Origin: the human T2T-CHM13v2.0 reference genome, Homo sapiens
DNA: 64,000 bases
NCBI RefSeq assembly: GCF_009914755.1
Contig: NC_060926.1
Direction: 5' to 3' (one strand)
This document shows positions 1-14,297 of the stretch, piece after piece. The stretch's first letter is position 1; every line of letters starts with the position of its first letter. The translations under genes and the position numbers were made by a program. The notes under the pieces were generated by a model that worked only from the letters and a program-made list of their open reading frames with translations, searched no databases and had not been told where the DNA came from.

Positions 1-191
1 CTGCCTCAGCCTCCCAAGTAGCTGGAATTACAGGCATGTGCCACCATCACTTGGCTAATTTTTATATTTTTAGTAGAGACGGGGTTTCACCATTTTGGCC
101 AGGCTGGTCTTCAACTCCTGGCCTCAAGTGATCCACCCACTTTGGCTTCTGAAAGTGCTGGAATTACAGGTGTGAGCCACCGTGACCGGCC
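1..191 (-). mobile_element. Alu (AluS-like), cut by the window edge
   Basis: Reverse-complement Alu right-arm remnant, linker TTTTTAGTAGAGAC and left arm ending GTGAGCCACCGTGACCGGCC. Confidence 0.95.
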
Positions 192-355
192 TGCTTTTCT
201 TTTATTTATATATTGTGTGGACATTATAATGTGCTGTTAGAATGGAGATATACTTGGTCCTTCATCGCAGTTCATAAACTACAGGGTAAAGGTTTTGGAA
301 GAAGAGCATAGGAGTTATAAGGTAGACTATGCTTCCTGCTTAAAAATATGAATTA

Positions 356-686
<331 letters not shown>

Positions 687-1365
687 TTATGCTTCATTTC
701 CTTGCAGTTGGATTCTGGTGTTGGAAATGGGAGTTTGTCAAAGGAAAACAAAGTTGCTTCACATAAGCTCAGGTTTTCTTCAGGATCATTGTATTTCTCC
801 AGACCTATAAACAAGTGATAGAGCTTAGAAAGTTTCATCCAAGGAAGGAAGAGCACCGCTGGATATTTAAACTTGTTAACATTTCACCTTGATAGAAGGC
901 AGGGGGATTACAGTCTGTAGGAAACCAAGAAAAATATAGGTTACTTAGGAATTGACCAGGACAAGTAAGCTTCTCTGCTACCAGAGGCTGGCAGTCATGG
1001 ACAAGACCTTGTCCAGACATGGCCTGGGGCCAGGCCGACCTTGAAGCGGATGAAGATGAGGTTGGCAGAAGGAAGGAAGGGTTTGTTGACTCACTGTGAA
1101 TGTTTCAGTCCAGCAGTTCTCTTCAAAGTCAGAGTTCAAGGCAGCACTTTGATCAAATATAAGCTTCTTACACCACTCCTCAGAGGCCGATAAATGTTAT
1201 CAGGCCAATGTGTGAGGACCAGCCATGTCATTGGTCCTCATCAAGGTCATTATCAGACCACACCGTGGGGTGGAGTCTGAACTGAGATGGTTGTTCAGCG
1301 GCTGGGACCAAGAGAGTAGAATCCAAGCACTTTGAGGTTAAAACAGGCCTTATAAACCATCTACT

Positions 1366-1747
<382 letters not shown>

Positions 1748-2103
1748 GCTTAAGTTTTATATTTCAGGAATTTATTTTTAAAGTTTTCCTAAGGACATCT
1801 TGCCTTGAATAGTGTTGGCACAGATTTTATTATACTAACATTTCTGCTACTAACAATCATAAATGTCAAACAAGACATATAAAATAGTTATTTGAAAGCA
1901 TAGGATAGTGACAAGCAGGCAGATACTCGAGGGAATAAAATGATTGAAAAAAAGGAAATATACTAGTTGCAATCCATATTTACATGTTTTTCCCCCACTC
2001 TCAAAAATGGCTGGGAATTGAAAAAGGAATCCAGAAAAAGAGGAAGTCCACAGAAGGTAGAAACTCCAAAATCTGCATACATATTCTCTGCATACATCAA
2101 ATC
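1748..2103 (-). other. Non-viral, non-Alu segment carried inside the split Alu: candidate 3'-transduced flank of the source HERV-H
   Basis: Lies between the 3' LTR end (2104) and the tail; no repeat family recognised; contains minus-strand AATAAA at 1776-1771. Confidence 0.65.
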
Positions 2104-2511
2104 TTTCATGCGCGTCCATGTGAAGAGACCACCAAACCTTTGTGTGAGCAACAAGGCTGCTTATTTCACCTGGGTACAGATGGGCTGAGTCCGAAAAGAG
2201 AGTCAGCAAAGGGAGATGGGGTGGGGCTGTTTTATAAGATTTGGGTAGGTAAAGGAAAATTACAGTCAAAGGGGGGTTGTTCTCTGGCGGGCAGGAGTGG
2301 GGGGTCACAAGGTGCTCAGTAGGGGAGCTTTTGAGCCAGGATGAGCCAGAAGGAATTTCACAAGATAATGTCATCAGTTAAGGCAGGAACAGGCCATTTT
2401 CACTTCTTTTGTGGTGGAATGTCATCAGTTAAGGCAGGAACCGGCCATCTGGATGTGTAGGTGCAGGTCACAGGGGATATGATGGCTTAGCTTGGGATCA
2501 GAGGCCTGACA
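2104..2511 (-). mobile_element. LTR7 (HERV-H 3' LTR, complete U3-R-U5)
   Basis: Minus strand starts TGTCAGGCCTC and ends GGACGCGCATGAAA; TATAAAA box; two copies of TGTCATCAGTTAAGGCAGGAAC; polypurine tract AGACAGGAA immediately upstream. Confidence 0.95.
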
Positions 2512-3630
2512 TTCCTGTCTTATGTTAATAAGAAAAATAAAACGAAATAGTGGTAAAGTGTTGGGACGGTGAAAATTTTCGGGGGTGGTATGGAGAAATA
2601 ATGGGAGATGTTTCTCAGGGCTGCTTCGAATGGGATTAGGGGTGGCCTGGGAACCTAGAGTGGGAGAGATTAAGCTGAAGGAAGATTTTGTGGTAAGGGG
2701 TGGTATTGTGGGATTGTTAGAAGAAACATTTGTCGTGTAGAATTATTGGTGATGGCCTGGATACGGTTTTGTATGAATTGAAAAACTAAATGGAATAACT
2801 TCTAAACAGGTATTAAAGGACTAGGAATCGGGAGGACCTAGGACATCTAATTAGAGAGTGCCTAAGGAGGTTCAGCATAGCCTTGCCAGCAAAGAGTATT
2901 TATTTTAAGAGTTAAGAGTGGCGGTTTGGGGATAGCACCAGGAAATATCAGCTGTGATGGCTTGGAGAAACCGGCAGTGTAAAAAAAGCAGGACATTTAT
3001 GAGTAGTTGAGAACGGTGAATAGGAGTCTGACTAGACAGAAGATAGTAGGGATGACAAGTTTTTTGGGGCACAGTCTAAGTTGGTCTGGTGTCTGGAATG
3101 AGACTGGGGCTTAATAAAAAGGAGCATCTATACAGGAGCTTAAATGGGCTGTACCTTGTAGCATTCCGAGGACAGGCCTGAATTCTGAGAAGGGCAAGAG
3201 GTGAAAGTACTGTCTAATCTTTTTTAAGTTGGAGGCTGAGCTTGGTGAGGTGTGTCTTTAAAGACCATTAGTCTGTTCTACCTTTCCTGAAGATTGAGGA
3301 CCATAAGGGATATAAAGGTTTCACTGAATACTAAGAGCCTGAGAAACTGCTTGGGTGATTTGACTAGTAAAGGCTGGTCTGTTATCAGACTGTATAGAGG
3401 TGGGAAGGCTAAACTGAGGAATTATGTCTGACAGAAGGGAAGAAATGACCGTGGTGGCCTTCTCAGACCCTGTAGGAAAGGCCTCTACCTATCCAGTGAA
3501 AGCGTCTACCTAGACTAAGGTATTTTTGTTTACTGACTCGGGGCATGTGAGTAAAGTCAATTTGCCAGTCCTGGGCGGGGGCAAATCCTTGAACTTGATG
3601 TGCAGGGAAGGTGGAACTGCCATCAATAAA

Positions 3631-4152
3631 CTAAATGTGATCAGGGTGAGGAACAGGGAAGAAGCCAATATGGGGAAATGGGGTGAATGTCAGGTGGATC
3701 AGAGAGATACAGTCATGAGGGTCAGGTGTGGTATCCGGAATAATGTGGGAGGCCGGATTGAAGTCCGGGCCAGGAACAATAGTAATTGTGAGAGACTCAA
3801 CAAAGAGTGAGTACAGCTGAAGGAGCCAGGAAGCAGAAAGTACATGCCTCAGGTGTGAGGAAGAAAATAGATTTTGGAAGTTATGAGAGCTGCAGAGAGT
3901 GAGTTGAGCATAGTTTGTGATTTTGAGGGCCTCTGAAACTATTAGGGCGGTGGCAGCCGCTGCACGGAGACATGATGGCCAGCCTAAAACAGTAAGGTCA
4001 AGTTGTTTGGACAAAAAGGCTACAGGACGTGATCCTGGTCCTGGTGTAAGAATTCTGACTGCACAGCCCTGCACTTCAGCTGTGGGTAATGAAAAGGGTT
4101 GGGATGAGTCAGGGAGACCTAGGGTGGGGGCAGTCTTTAAAGCTGTCTTCAA
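3631..4152 (-). pseudogene. pol: HERV-H pol fragment (RT connection/tether region)
   Basis: LKTAPTLGLPD...RPVAFLSKQLDLTVLGWPSCLRAAAATA, typical gammaretrovirus-like Pol. Confidence 0.85.
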
Positions 4153-4332
4153 GGAATGGAAAGAGGAGTGGGGAAAGGATTTAGGATCTATGGGGTCAGT
4201 AGGTTTCCTTTTGTGAGTTTATATAATGGTTTTGTTAGGATGGCAAAACCAGGTATCTAAAGTTAAAAGTATCAACCATGCCTAGGAAGGAAAGGAGTTG
4301 TTGTTTTGTAGAAGGTGCTGGGGTTTGAGAGA

Positions 4333-4899
4333 TCAGTTGGACACAATCAGCATGGAGAGCACGTGTGTTTTTATGAGAATTATGCCGAGATAGGTAACAG
4401 ATGAGGATGAAATTTGGACTTGACTGAAGTAATGGGGGCTGTCTGTGAAGCCTTGCGGCAGTACAGCCCAGGTAATTTGCTGAGCCTGATGGGAGTCAGG
4501 GTCAGTCCAGGTGAAAGCGAAGAGAGGCTGGGATGAAGGGTGTAAAGGAATAGTAAAGAAAGCATGTTTGAGATCCAGAACAGAATAATGGATTGTGGAG
4601 GGAGGTATTGAGGATAGGAGAGTATATGGGTTTGGCACCACGGGGTGGGTAGGCAAAACAATTTGGTTGATAAGGCGCAGATCCTGAACTAACCTGTAAG
4701 CCTTGTCTGGTTTTAGGACAGGTGAAATGGGGGAATTGTAAGGGGAGTTTTTAGGTTTTAAAAGGCCATGCTGTAGCAGGCGAGTGATAACAGGCTTTAA
4801 TCCTTTTAAAGCGTGCTGTGGGATGGGATATTGGTGTTGAGCGGGGTAAGCATGAATAGGTTTTAATGAGATGGTAAGGGGTGCATGATCGGTCGCCAA
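4333..4899 (-). pseudogene. pol: HERV-H reverse transcriptase N-terminal fragment
   Basis: QYPIP...SPYNSPI...YRLVQDLR...YSVLDLKHAFF...FAFTW...VLPQGFTDSP; no YxDD motif follows, so defective. Confidence 0.9.
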
Positions 4900-5073
4900 G
4901 GAGGGAGTAGAGGTATCTTATACTAGTGGGCTAAGGTGGGGAGATACAAGGGGAGGACGTGAAGGAGGCTTTGAACTGGGGGGAAAAAAGCGGCATGTAG
5001 CCCAGGAATAGTCAGGGAAGCAGATAATTTAAAGTGTCTCGGCCTAATAAGGGAACTGGGCAGGTGAGGATAA

Positions 5074-5262
5074 CTAAAAGGAGTGCTTAAAAGAGTATTG
5101 TCTAAGTTGGCACCAGAGTTGGGGAGTTTTAAGAGGTTTAGAAGCCTGGCCATCAATACCAACAATAGTTATGGAGGCAAGGGAAACAGGCCCTTGAAAA
5201 GAAGGTAATGTGGAGTGGGTAGCCTCCATATTGATTAAGAAGGGGACAGACTTACCTTCCAC
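5074..5262 (-). pseudogene. pro: HERV-H protease remnant
   Basis: FLINMEATHSTL (degenerate LxDTGA site) and IVGIDG flap motif. Confidence 0.75.
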
Positions 5263-6630
5263 TGTGAGTTACCCAGAGAGTCTGTGATGGTCCTGTAGGC
5301 TTTCGAGGCAATCGGGCAGTCTCAGTCTTCAGCTGCTAAGCCGAGAAGATCTGGGAAGGAGTCAGAGAGCCTTGGGCCAGAGTTCCAGGGCCTCTGGGAG
5401 TGGCTGCTAGGTGAGTTGAACAGTCCGATTTTCAGTGGCACAGATGGGACACAGCTTGGGAGGAATCCTGGGCTGTGGGCATTCCTTGACCCAGTGGCCA
5501 GATTTCTTGCACTTGTAGCAAGCTCTTGTGGGAGGAGGTTCTGGAGGAACGCCTTGCAGCTGCCGTCAGGCGTTTGGAAGTTCTTGTGTGCTGGAGATGT
5601 GGCTGGGGTTTGGCTCACAGTGGAGGCAAGGAATTGCAACACAGAAATATGTTGCTACTTGGCTGCTGCTACTCTATTATTGTTCACCTTGAAGGTGAGG
5701 TTAATTAAGTCCTGTTGTGGGGTTTGAGGGCTGGAATTTAATTTTTGGAGATTTATTTAATGTCGGGAGCAGATTGGGTAAAAAATAAAATGTATATTGA
5801 GAATAAGACGGCCTTTTGACCTTTCAGGGTCTAGGGCTGTAAAGCGTCTCAGGGCTGCTGCCAAATGAGCCGTGAGCTGGGCTGGGTTTTTATATTTGAT
5901 GAAAGAGCCTAAACGCTAACTGATTTGGGAGAGGTCGGATAAAGAAAAAGGAGCATCAACCTTGACTATGCCTTTAGCTCCAGCCACCTTTTTAAGAGGA
6001 AATTGCTGGGCAGGTGGGAGACGGCTAGTTGCGGAATGAAACTGTAAGCTGGACTGGGTGTGAGGAGGGGAGGTGATAAAAGGATTATAGGGTGGAGGAG
6101 CCGAGGCTGAGGAAGAATTGGGACCTAGCTCGGCCTGGCGAGGAGGGGAGAGGTCAGATGGGTCTGTAGAAAAGGAAGATTAGAAAGACCCAGCAATGCT
6201 TGGGGTTGGGACTGAGGGGACAGGCGGAAGGGAAAGAAGGAAGATTTGGGATGAGTTGCATTGGGAACAGAGGGGAGGGACTGATATGTAAAAGAATGCC
6301 TGGACGTTAGGCACCTCAGACCATTTGCCCATTTTACGACAAGAATTATCTAGATCTTGTAGGATGGAAAAATTGAAAGTGCCGTTTTCTGGCTATTTAG
6401 AGCCATTGTCAAGTTTGTATTGGGGCTAAGCGGTGTTGCAGAAGAAAATAAGATGCTTAGATTTTAGGTCAGGCGAGAGTTGAAGAGGTTTTAAGTTCTT
6501 AAGAACACAGGCTAAGGGAGAAGAAGGAGGAATGGAGGGTGGAAGCTTGCCTATAGTGAAGGAGGCAAGGTTAAGAAAAAGGTAGAGACACGGAGAAGCG
6601 GGTGGGGAGCAGCCCTGGGCTGCAATGTGG

Positions 6631-6924
<294 letters not shown>

Positions 6925-7893
6925 ATTTACTCTATGGTTTTCACCCTCAGCTTTAGATTCTCCTTGGGGCTGCACTGCACGGACGGTCCCTGTCCACGTT
7001 TTTGCCTCTTTCCCAGTGGTAGAATGTACTCCAACAGTTTTCAACGTTTTTGTATTTTAAGTAGTAAAGTCCTTTCTTTGAAGGATATCTCACACGAAAA
7101 CCCCAAAGATAAAAGCAGTGCAGATCTGGTTGAAGGTAGGAGAGTGGCCTAGAACTTTATTGGTGAAACCTTATCCAAACCCCCCAGCACACTCACCCTG
7201 ACGCACTGCAGCCGGGACTCTTCAGCACCTCCCTGTAAGCTGGTGCTCTGCAGACCTTAGCTTGGAGCTCCGATCTAATCTCCAGTCTCTTTTTACTCAG
7301 TTCTCAGAGGCAATGACTTGGTGGATCAGTCAATCCTTGGGTTCTAGGTTACCACTTTCACCTGGTTCTCCTACCTTTCTAGTCTCTCCTTCTGTCTCCC
7401 TTGCTGTGTCTTTTTTTGTCTTTCTGACTCTTAAAAATCAGAATATTCTGGAGCTTAGTTCTTGGACCTCTTCTCCAGCTATACTCACTCCCCAGCTGAT
7501 CACATCTAGCCCCATGGTTTGAAGATTATGTGTAGATAACTTCCAAATTAGTATCTCCAGTCTCAATCTCTCCCAAAACTCCAAACATCTCCACTGGGGT
7601 GTCCCAAAGACACTTCAAATGAGGAAATGCAAAACTGAACTCACAGTTCCGTGCATCCTCCCGAACCTTCTTCTTCCTACATTAGTACATGGACACTTTT
7701 TAAGCCAGGTACTGACTCTTCTTTCTCAGCTCTGGACATTATCAAGTTCTATAGGCTCTCCTTTGTACCCCAGGTCTGTCCCCTTTGAGCAGTGCTCCCC
7801 CTCTGGGTCAAGTCACCATCATCTCTTCCTGGGTCCCCCTGCTCCACCTTGCTTCTGTAGTCTCCTATCACAGGGACTAGAACGATCCTTTTA

Positions 7894-8199
<306 letters not shown>

Positions 8200-8574
8200 T
8201 TGCAATCAGGTCATATTACAGCTCTGAAATGGCTTTTCCTTTCTCTCAGAATAGGATCCAGTGTCATTTCTATGGCTGACAAGGTTCCATATGACCAGGC
8301 TCCTCCATCTTTCTGGTCCCTCCTCCTATGGCTCTCTTCCTACATCACCTCTCCTGGCCACACTGGCCTCCTGGCTTTTCCCAAACAAGCTGAGCACAGT
8401 CCTGAATCACTGCCTTTCTATGTGCTTGCTCCTCTGCCTGGAATGCTTTCCCCTAGATATTTGCGTCGGATGTGCCCACATTTCATCTGAGGTTTTGCTC
8501 AACTAATACTTAATTGGAGGGGCCTTCCCTGATCCCCTTCATCCTGTCCCCTGGACTTGCCCATTTTCCATCCT

Positions 8575-9125
8575 GGAGAGGTCTTAGTGACAACTTACGC
8601 TGTAAAGCCACCACCATCAATCACTTCATCCCCTAACGCTACACATTGCTTCTTCTTTCCCCAGAGATGAGGGTTAGACTTATGTTTGGTAGGAGCTGCA
8701 GCAGCTGCAACACTGAGGTCTGACTCAACTGAATCCAGGGAAGCTCTGGCTTCCCCAGCAGCTGCCCTGGGGGCCAGTGACACAACCCAGAAATACATAC
8801 AGTTAATGTCCTGCACAGTAGACAAATCAATGGAAAGCAGGAGATAGGAAGAGACCGAGGGTTAATTGCTTACCCTTCCTCCCTCCAGTGGATTGTTTTG
8901 ACATGCAGTGATTTTATTTGACCTCTCTGGAAGAGATGGAGATGGAGAAACAAGCTGTATTTGTGGCAAAGCTGGCCATCTTGGTAACACATCCCTTGTA
9001 TTTGCCATTCTTCCTTTCCTGTCTCACTTCCTACTTTCCTTCACTTTTACTCCCCCTAAATTGCACCTTCTCTCATAAAGTCTAAGCCATGAGCTTTTGT
9101 TTCAGGCTCTGATTTCTAGGGGACT
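8575..9125 (+). mobile_element. LTR16-family (ERVL) solo LTR
   Basis: GGGCCAGTGACACAACCCAGAAAT and 3' end TTGCACCTT...CATAAAG...CAGGCTCTGATTTCTAGGGG resemble LTR16. Confidence 0.55.
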
Positions 9126-9619
9126 GTTATCTGTTTATTTGTGTGTTATCTCTCTCTCCTCTCTAGAATGTGAGCCCAGAAGAAGAGTAGGGAGTTTGTT
9201 TCGTTTACTGCTGTATCCTCAATGACCGGCCTAGTACTTGGAACATGGTAGATGCATGTTAAATACTTGTTGAATGAACTTCATGATGAGGAAACTTGTC
9301 TTTCCTAATCCTGGACCTTAAGCCAGGATGATTCACTGAAGCCAGGATGGTTCACTTGTAAGTCACCTGGTAAGTCCCACTCATCTGTGGCAATCCTTTG
9401 GTACCTCTTGCTTTGAATCTGCTCTTGATCTTGCTTCTGCTTCCTCCTCTCTCACCTGTGATATGCAACAGCCTCCCAATTGGACTCCCTGCAGCATTCC
9501 ACCCTGCTTCATTCTAGACTTCATGCAACAGTCAGAGAAATGTTTTAAACACATTAATCAGGTCTCATTGCTATGCTGCATAAAACCCTGTGATGGTTTT
9601 TCACTGCACTGAGAATTAA

Positions 9620-10037
<418 letters not shown>

Positions 10038-10739
10038 TAAAATGCCATTGCCCTCTTTTGTTCCTTGAACTTACTAAGCAGTCCCCTGCCATAGGGAGGC
10101 TTCTGGACATCCTTATCCTCCACATGGGATTCTCCTTTAGTCCCGATTTACATTGCTGTCTCTTTCTTGGCCTTCTCACAGAGGCTGTTCCTCACATCCT
10201 CTTATCCAGAATAGGTCCTTCCCTGTATATTTCTATCTCAGCACTCTACTCATTTCTTTCTTTTTTCTTATCACAACTTGTCATTACAATATTGTTTTAC
10301 TATGGGTGGGGGGCAGCCTGTTTTCATGATCAAATTGTAGGTTTCATGAGGGCAAGGACTATGTCTATGTTTTTCATCATTGTATTCCCAGCAACTTGGA
10401 GATATTTGTGTGTGTCAGAGGTTTAATACATACTTGGTGATTAAACAAATATTCAAGAACTGATCCAGCTTCTATTTCTCTGGCTTCAGGACTTGCCTCA
10501 AATGTCCCTTTATCACAGGCCTTCTCCAACTACCCTATATAAAATGTAACAGTGTATCTCCTGGCTTTTACTCTTGATTGTGGTGAGAGATTTGGTATCC
10601 TTGGTCTGGGCCTTTTGTGTTCTCTAAGAACCTGGTTTGCCCTCTGCCTCTTGGCTCTACTGGCTGCCATGAGCATCTACACCTCCCAGCTCCAGCTCTC
10701 AGGGCCCCTGTCCTCATTCAAGGCCTGCCCTGCTTCATC

Positions 10740-10870
10740 CTGGAGGAGATGGGGCAAACTCAGATACAGAGAGCTTTAGCAACTTGTTCAAGTTTATACA
10801 ATAATGAAGATTGGGCCAGAAGTCAGGTTTTGGGATTTGCACCCAGTCTCATGCCTTTTCACTCTATTAT
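10740..10870 (-). mobile_element. MIR remnant
   Basis: AGATGGGGCAAACTCAGATACAGAGAG...CAACTTGTTCAAG core. Confidence 0.5.
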
Positions 10871-12986
10871 GCTAATCCTGTATCTCTGTTTCAAATCGAA
10901 GTGACTCATTTTGAGTTTTCAGATGAACACTCCAAGTATTATGGAGTACCTGGTTATTTGAAGTAAAAAAAAAAAACAAAAAACCAAGAATTGAAGCTTC
11001 TAGCTAGACAAACAAAGCTTGAAGCACCAGACAGCTATTGAAGACCAAATCTACCCACAGGGCTGGAATTAGGCACCGAGGGAACAGATGCAGGGAGAGA
11101 TCCAAGCTCACAGCCAGGAGCCAGATGCTGGGTGTAAGCTGTCTGTGCCTGTCCTCCTTTCCCAAGGCCCGCCAAAGGGAGGCTCTGAGCTTCAGAGTGG
11201 GGATCTAGACTTCAGTTGCCAGTAGGTTCTGAAAGTGCTGCCCTCAGGGAAATGGTGACTTAGAAACAGAACTGCAACAAGTTTCAGTTGAACTCCAGGG
11301 AATTCCCTAGGTATGCCTCTTGCCTCCTCCTCATCTCTCTCCTTCAAAAGAAGGACATTTGAGGAAGTCCCAGGGAAGAGAGATGAGAAATATGGTTATG
11401 AAATAAAGAGAAATGAAGAACCACAGTATGGAGTACTTTTCTGCATTGGGTAGGATTTGTGGGTGAGACAGAGAATTGGGTGGAGGGCAGAAGGCCAGAA
11501 GGAGTAGGCAGAGGAAGGAGGGGGTGTTGAACCTCCTTCAGGCATCGAGCGAGAAACCTGACCTCGGAATAGTCACACTTGATCTCCTTTTGGCTTCTGT
11601 GTACCAGCAAAGCCTTTAGGTTTAGTCTGTTTCCTCTGTGGCAGAAAAGGAAGCCCAAGACAATTTGCATAGGCAGCTCTCAAGCAAAGCCTCCCTCAAA
11701 GAGTTTCTGACTCATCCCCATGACTTCCTCCCCCATCTGTCAACAGGGGAAACTCCAGGTGGGAGGTTACATTTCCTGCCTCCCTGTTATGGACTAGTTT
11801 CCTTCCTGGGAGGTGAGGCAGAAGTGGAGGGGACTTTCTCCCTCCTCATCATCCCATGCCTTCTCTCTTCTCCCGGTTCCTCTCTATCAAACTCTATGTT
11901 CCCATTTTGAGCTGAGAATAAGGAACAGCAGAGTTGATTAGAAACATTTTAAAATCAAGTGATTAAACTCTGATAATGGCAGAATTTCAAACATGAGTCA
12001 GTATGTAAATCCAATTGTAAAGATGAAGCTTTGAAGATATTTCTGTGTTCTCAGAACCTCAGAAGTTAATTCCTAGACATTGCTTCCTCCTAAGGGCAAC
12101 TTCAGCACATGGTCCACAAGGATATAGGGCAGGATCCTCATAGAGGTAGTGGGCTACATGTCTCAAGTTGTAGGATGCTCTGGGTCCTCAAGTCTATCTA
12201 TCCTCTTCCTCGAGTTCTGCACATCATCTTCTACATGCTGCTGGGCTCCTGAAAGCAGCACAACACCCTGACGGGGAGCTTGTTTGAGCATTCATTCTTT
12301 CTGTGTTTTGATAGTGTTAGGTAGGCCACCATCTGTGGGTTCTGTTTAGATCCACAGTTCTTCCTCTGGACATGGGATGTATCAAAGCAGGAAAGAGGCT
12401 GCCCATCTGAGCTTTTCATGATGTCGCGGCTGTGGCTCTGGCTGTTACCAGAGCTATACAGGAAACCCAGGGAGAGGGCTTGAAATGGTTGGGCATCAGG
12501 TATAAAGAAAAAAGCACTCAGAAGTATGGAATTTGTTTACATTGGTTCAGGGAACCAAAGAAGATTCGAGAATAGAATGTTCTGTCCTGTGTGCCCACTG
12601 AAATTAGAATTGTATGGGATTTTCCTCCAACACCCTGGTGGCTATTTTCCAGTGTCTTTTGCTGATTCCTCTTCATCTTCAGACTTGTCAAGTTTGAAAG
12701 GCTCTAAGACTCAGTTCTTGTTCCTCTTCATTTCTCCATCTCAGTCCATTGTTGACCTCATCCAGCTTCAAGTCTTTAAATACCATGTATATGTTGGCAA
12801 CTCCTGGAGCTCTCAAATGTTTTCTAGACTTGTATGTACAACGGCCTACTGAACAGTTCTACTTGAAGGTCAGATTCAGCAAGTTCCCACTGAACTCCTG
12901 GTCTCCTCCCCACAAATCTGCTTCAGACATTGTTGGATGGCAGTAGCTCCAACCTTCCTGTAGCCCAAAACATAGGAGTCATTCTT

Positions 12987-13274
<288 letters not shown>

Positions 13275-13983
13275 TTGGAGTCATTCTTGATTCTTCTATT
13301 TCACATCCCACACCCAGTCAGAAGGTAGCCTGGCCAGGTCTATCTTCCAAATACATCCAGAATCCAATCACCTTCTACCACCCCCATTGCTGCTGCACTG
13401 GGTCCAAGCCACCATTATCTCTTACCTTGATAACTTTAACAGCCTCTTATCAAGGCTTCCTGGTTCTACCCTTGCCCCCTTCAGTCTATTCTTCATGCAG
13501 CAGGAAGAGCGGTTCTTTAAGGAATTAGGTCCCGTCATGTCACTCCTCTACTCAAAGCCCTGCAATAATTCCTTATCTCATTCAGAATAAATGCCCTTAC
13601 AGTGGTCTGATTGGTCCTCTGTGATCTGTCCTTGAGCACCATTCTGACTTCATCTTTGACTAGTCTCCTCCATTGCTCACTCTTCCTTAGCCACAGTGGC
13701 CTACTTGCTGTTTCTTGAACATGTTAGTCTTAATCCTACCTCAGGACCTTTGCACAGGCTGTTCTCTCTGCCTGGAATATTTTCTCCCCACATACCTGCA
13801 TGGCTATTTTTTAAAAAAATATTATTCCATTCCTTGCTGAACTGTAATTTTTCAACGATGTCTTGCTTGATCCCTCCCCTCAGTTTAAAGTTTTAATCTT
13901 GAGATTTTTTACTCTGTTCTACTTATTTCTGTATCACCCTCTAACATATGGTAAAATTTACCTATTTAATATGTTTGCTTTTT

Positions 13984-14297
13984 GTCTGGGCTTGTTGGCT
14001 TATACCTGTCATCTCAGCACTTTGGGAGGCTGAGGTAGGAGGATCACTTGAGCCCAGGAGTTCAAGATCGGCCTGGGCGACATAGTGAGATCTCGTCTCT
14101 ACTAAAAAAAATAAATAAATAAAATAAAATAAAATAAAATAAAGCCAGGTGTGGTGGTGTGTACCTGTAGTCCCAGCTACTCAGGAGGCTGAGCTGAGAG
14201 GATTGCTTGAGCCCAGGAGTTCGAGGCTACAGCAAGCTATGATCACGCCACTGCACTCCAGCCTGGGCGTCAGAGTGAGACCCTGTTTCCCCAAAAA
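13984..14297 (+). mobile_element. AluJ-like element with (AAAAT)n expanded linker
   Basis: GGAGGATCACTTGAGCCCAGGAGTTC in both arms. Confidence 0.9.

Larger units (their letters stand above)
2512..6630 (-). mobile_element. HERV-H internal region (deleted, defective gag-pro-pol-env)
   Basis: HERV-H leader/gag (CTTAAGAACTTAAAACCTCTTCAACTC), protease and RT fragments in the ORF track, joins the PPT and LTR7. Confidence 0.95.

Noticed and set aside
1213-1240. 9-bp inverted repeat TGAGGACCA / TGGTCCTCA
   Set aside because: Short stem expected by chance in 64 kb; no other support
1850-2374. 174-aa ORF running from LTR7 into the transduced flank
   Set aside because: Starts in U3 upstream of the expected TSS and has no recognisable domain; likely chance open frame
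2369-2448. Direct repeat with spacer resembling a CRISPR unit
   Set aside because: Normal U3 tandem repeat of LTR7; two copies only, eukaryotic context
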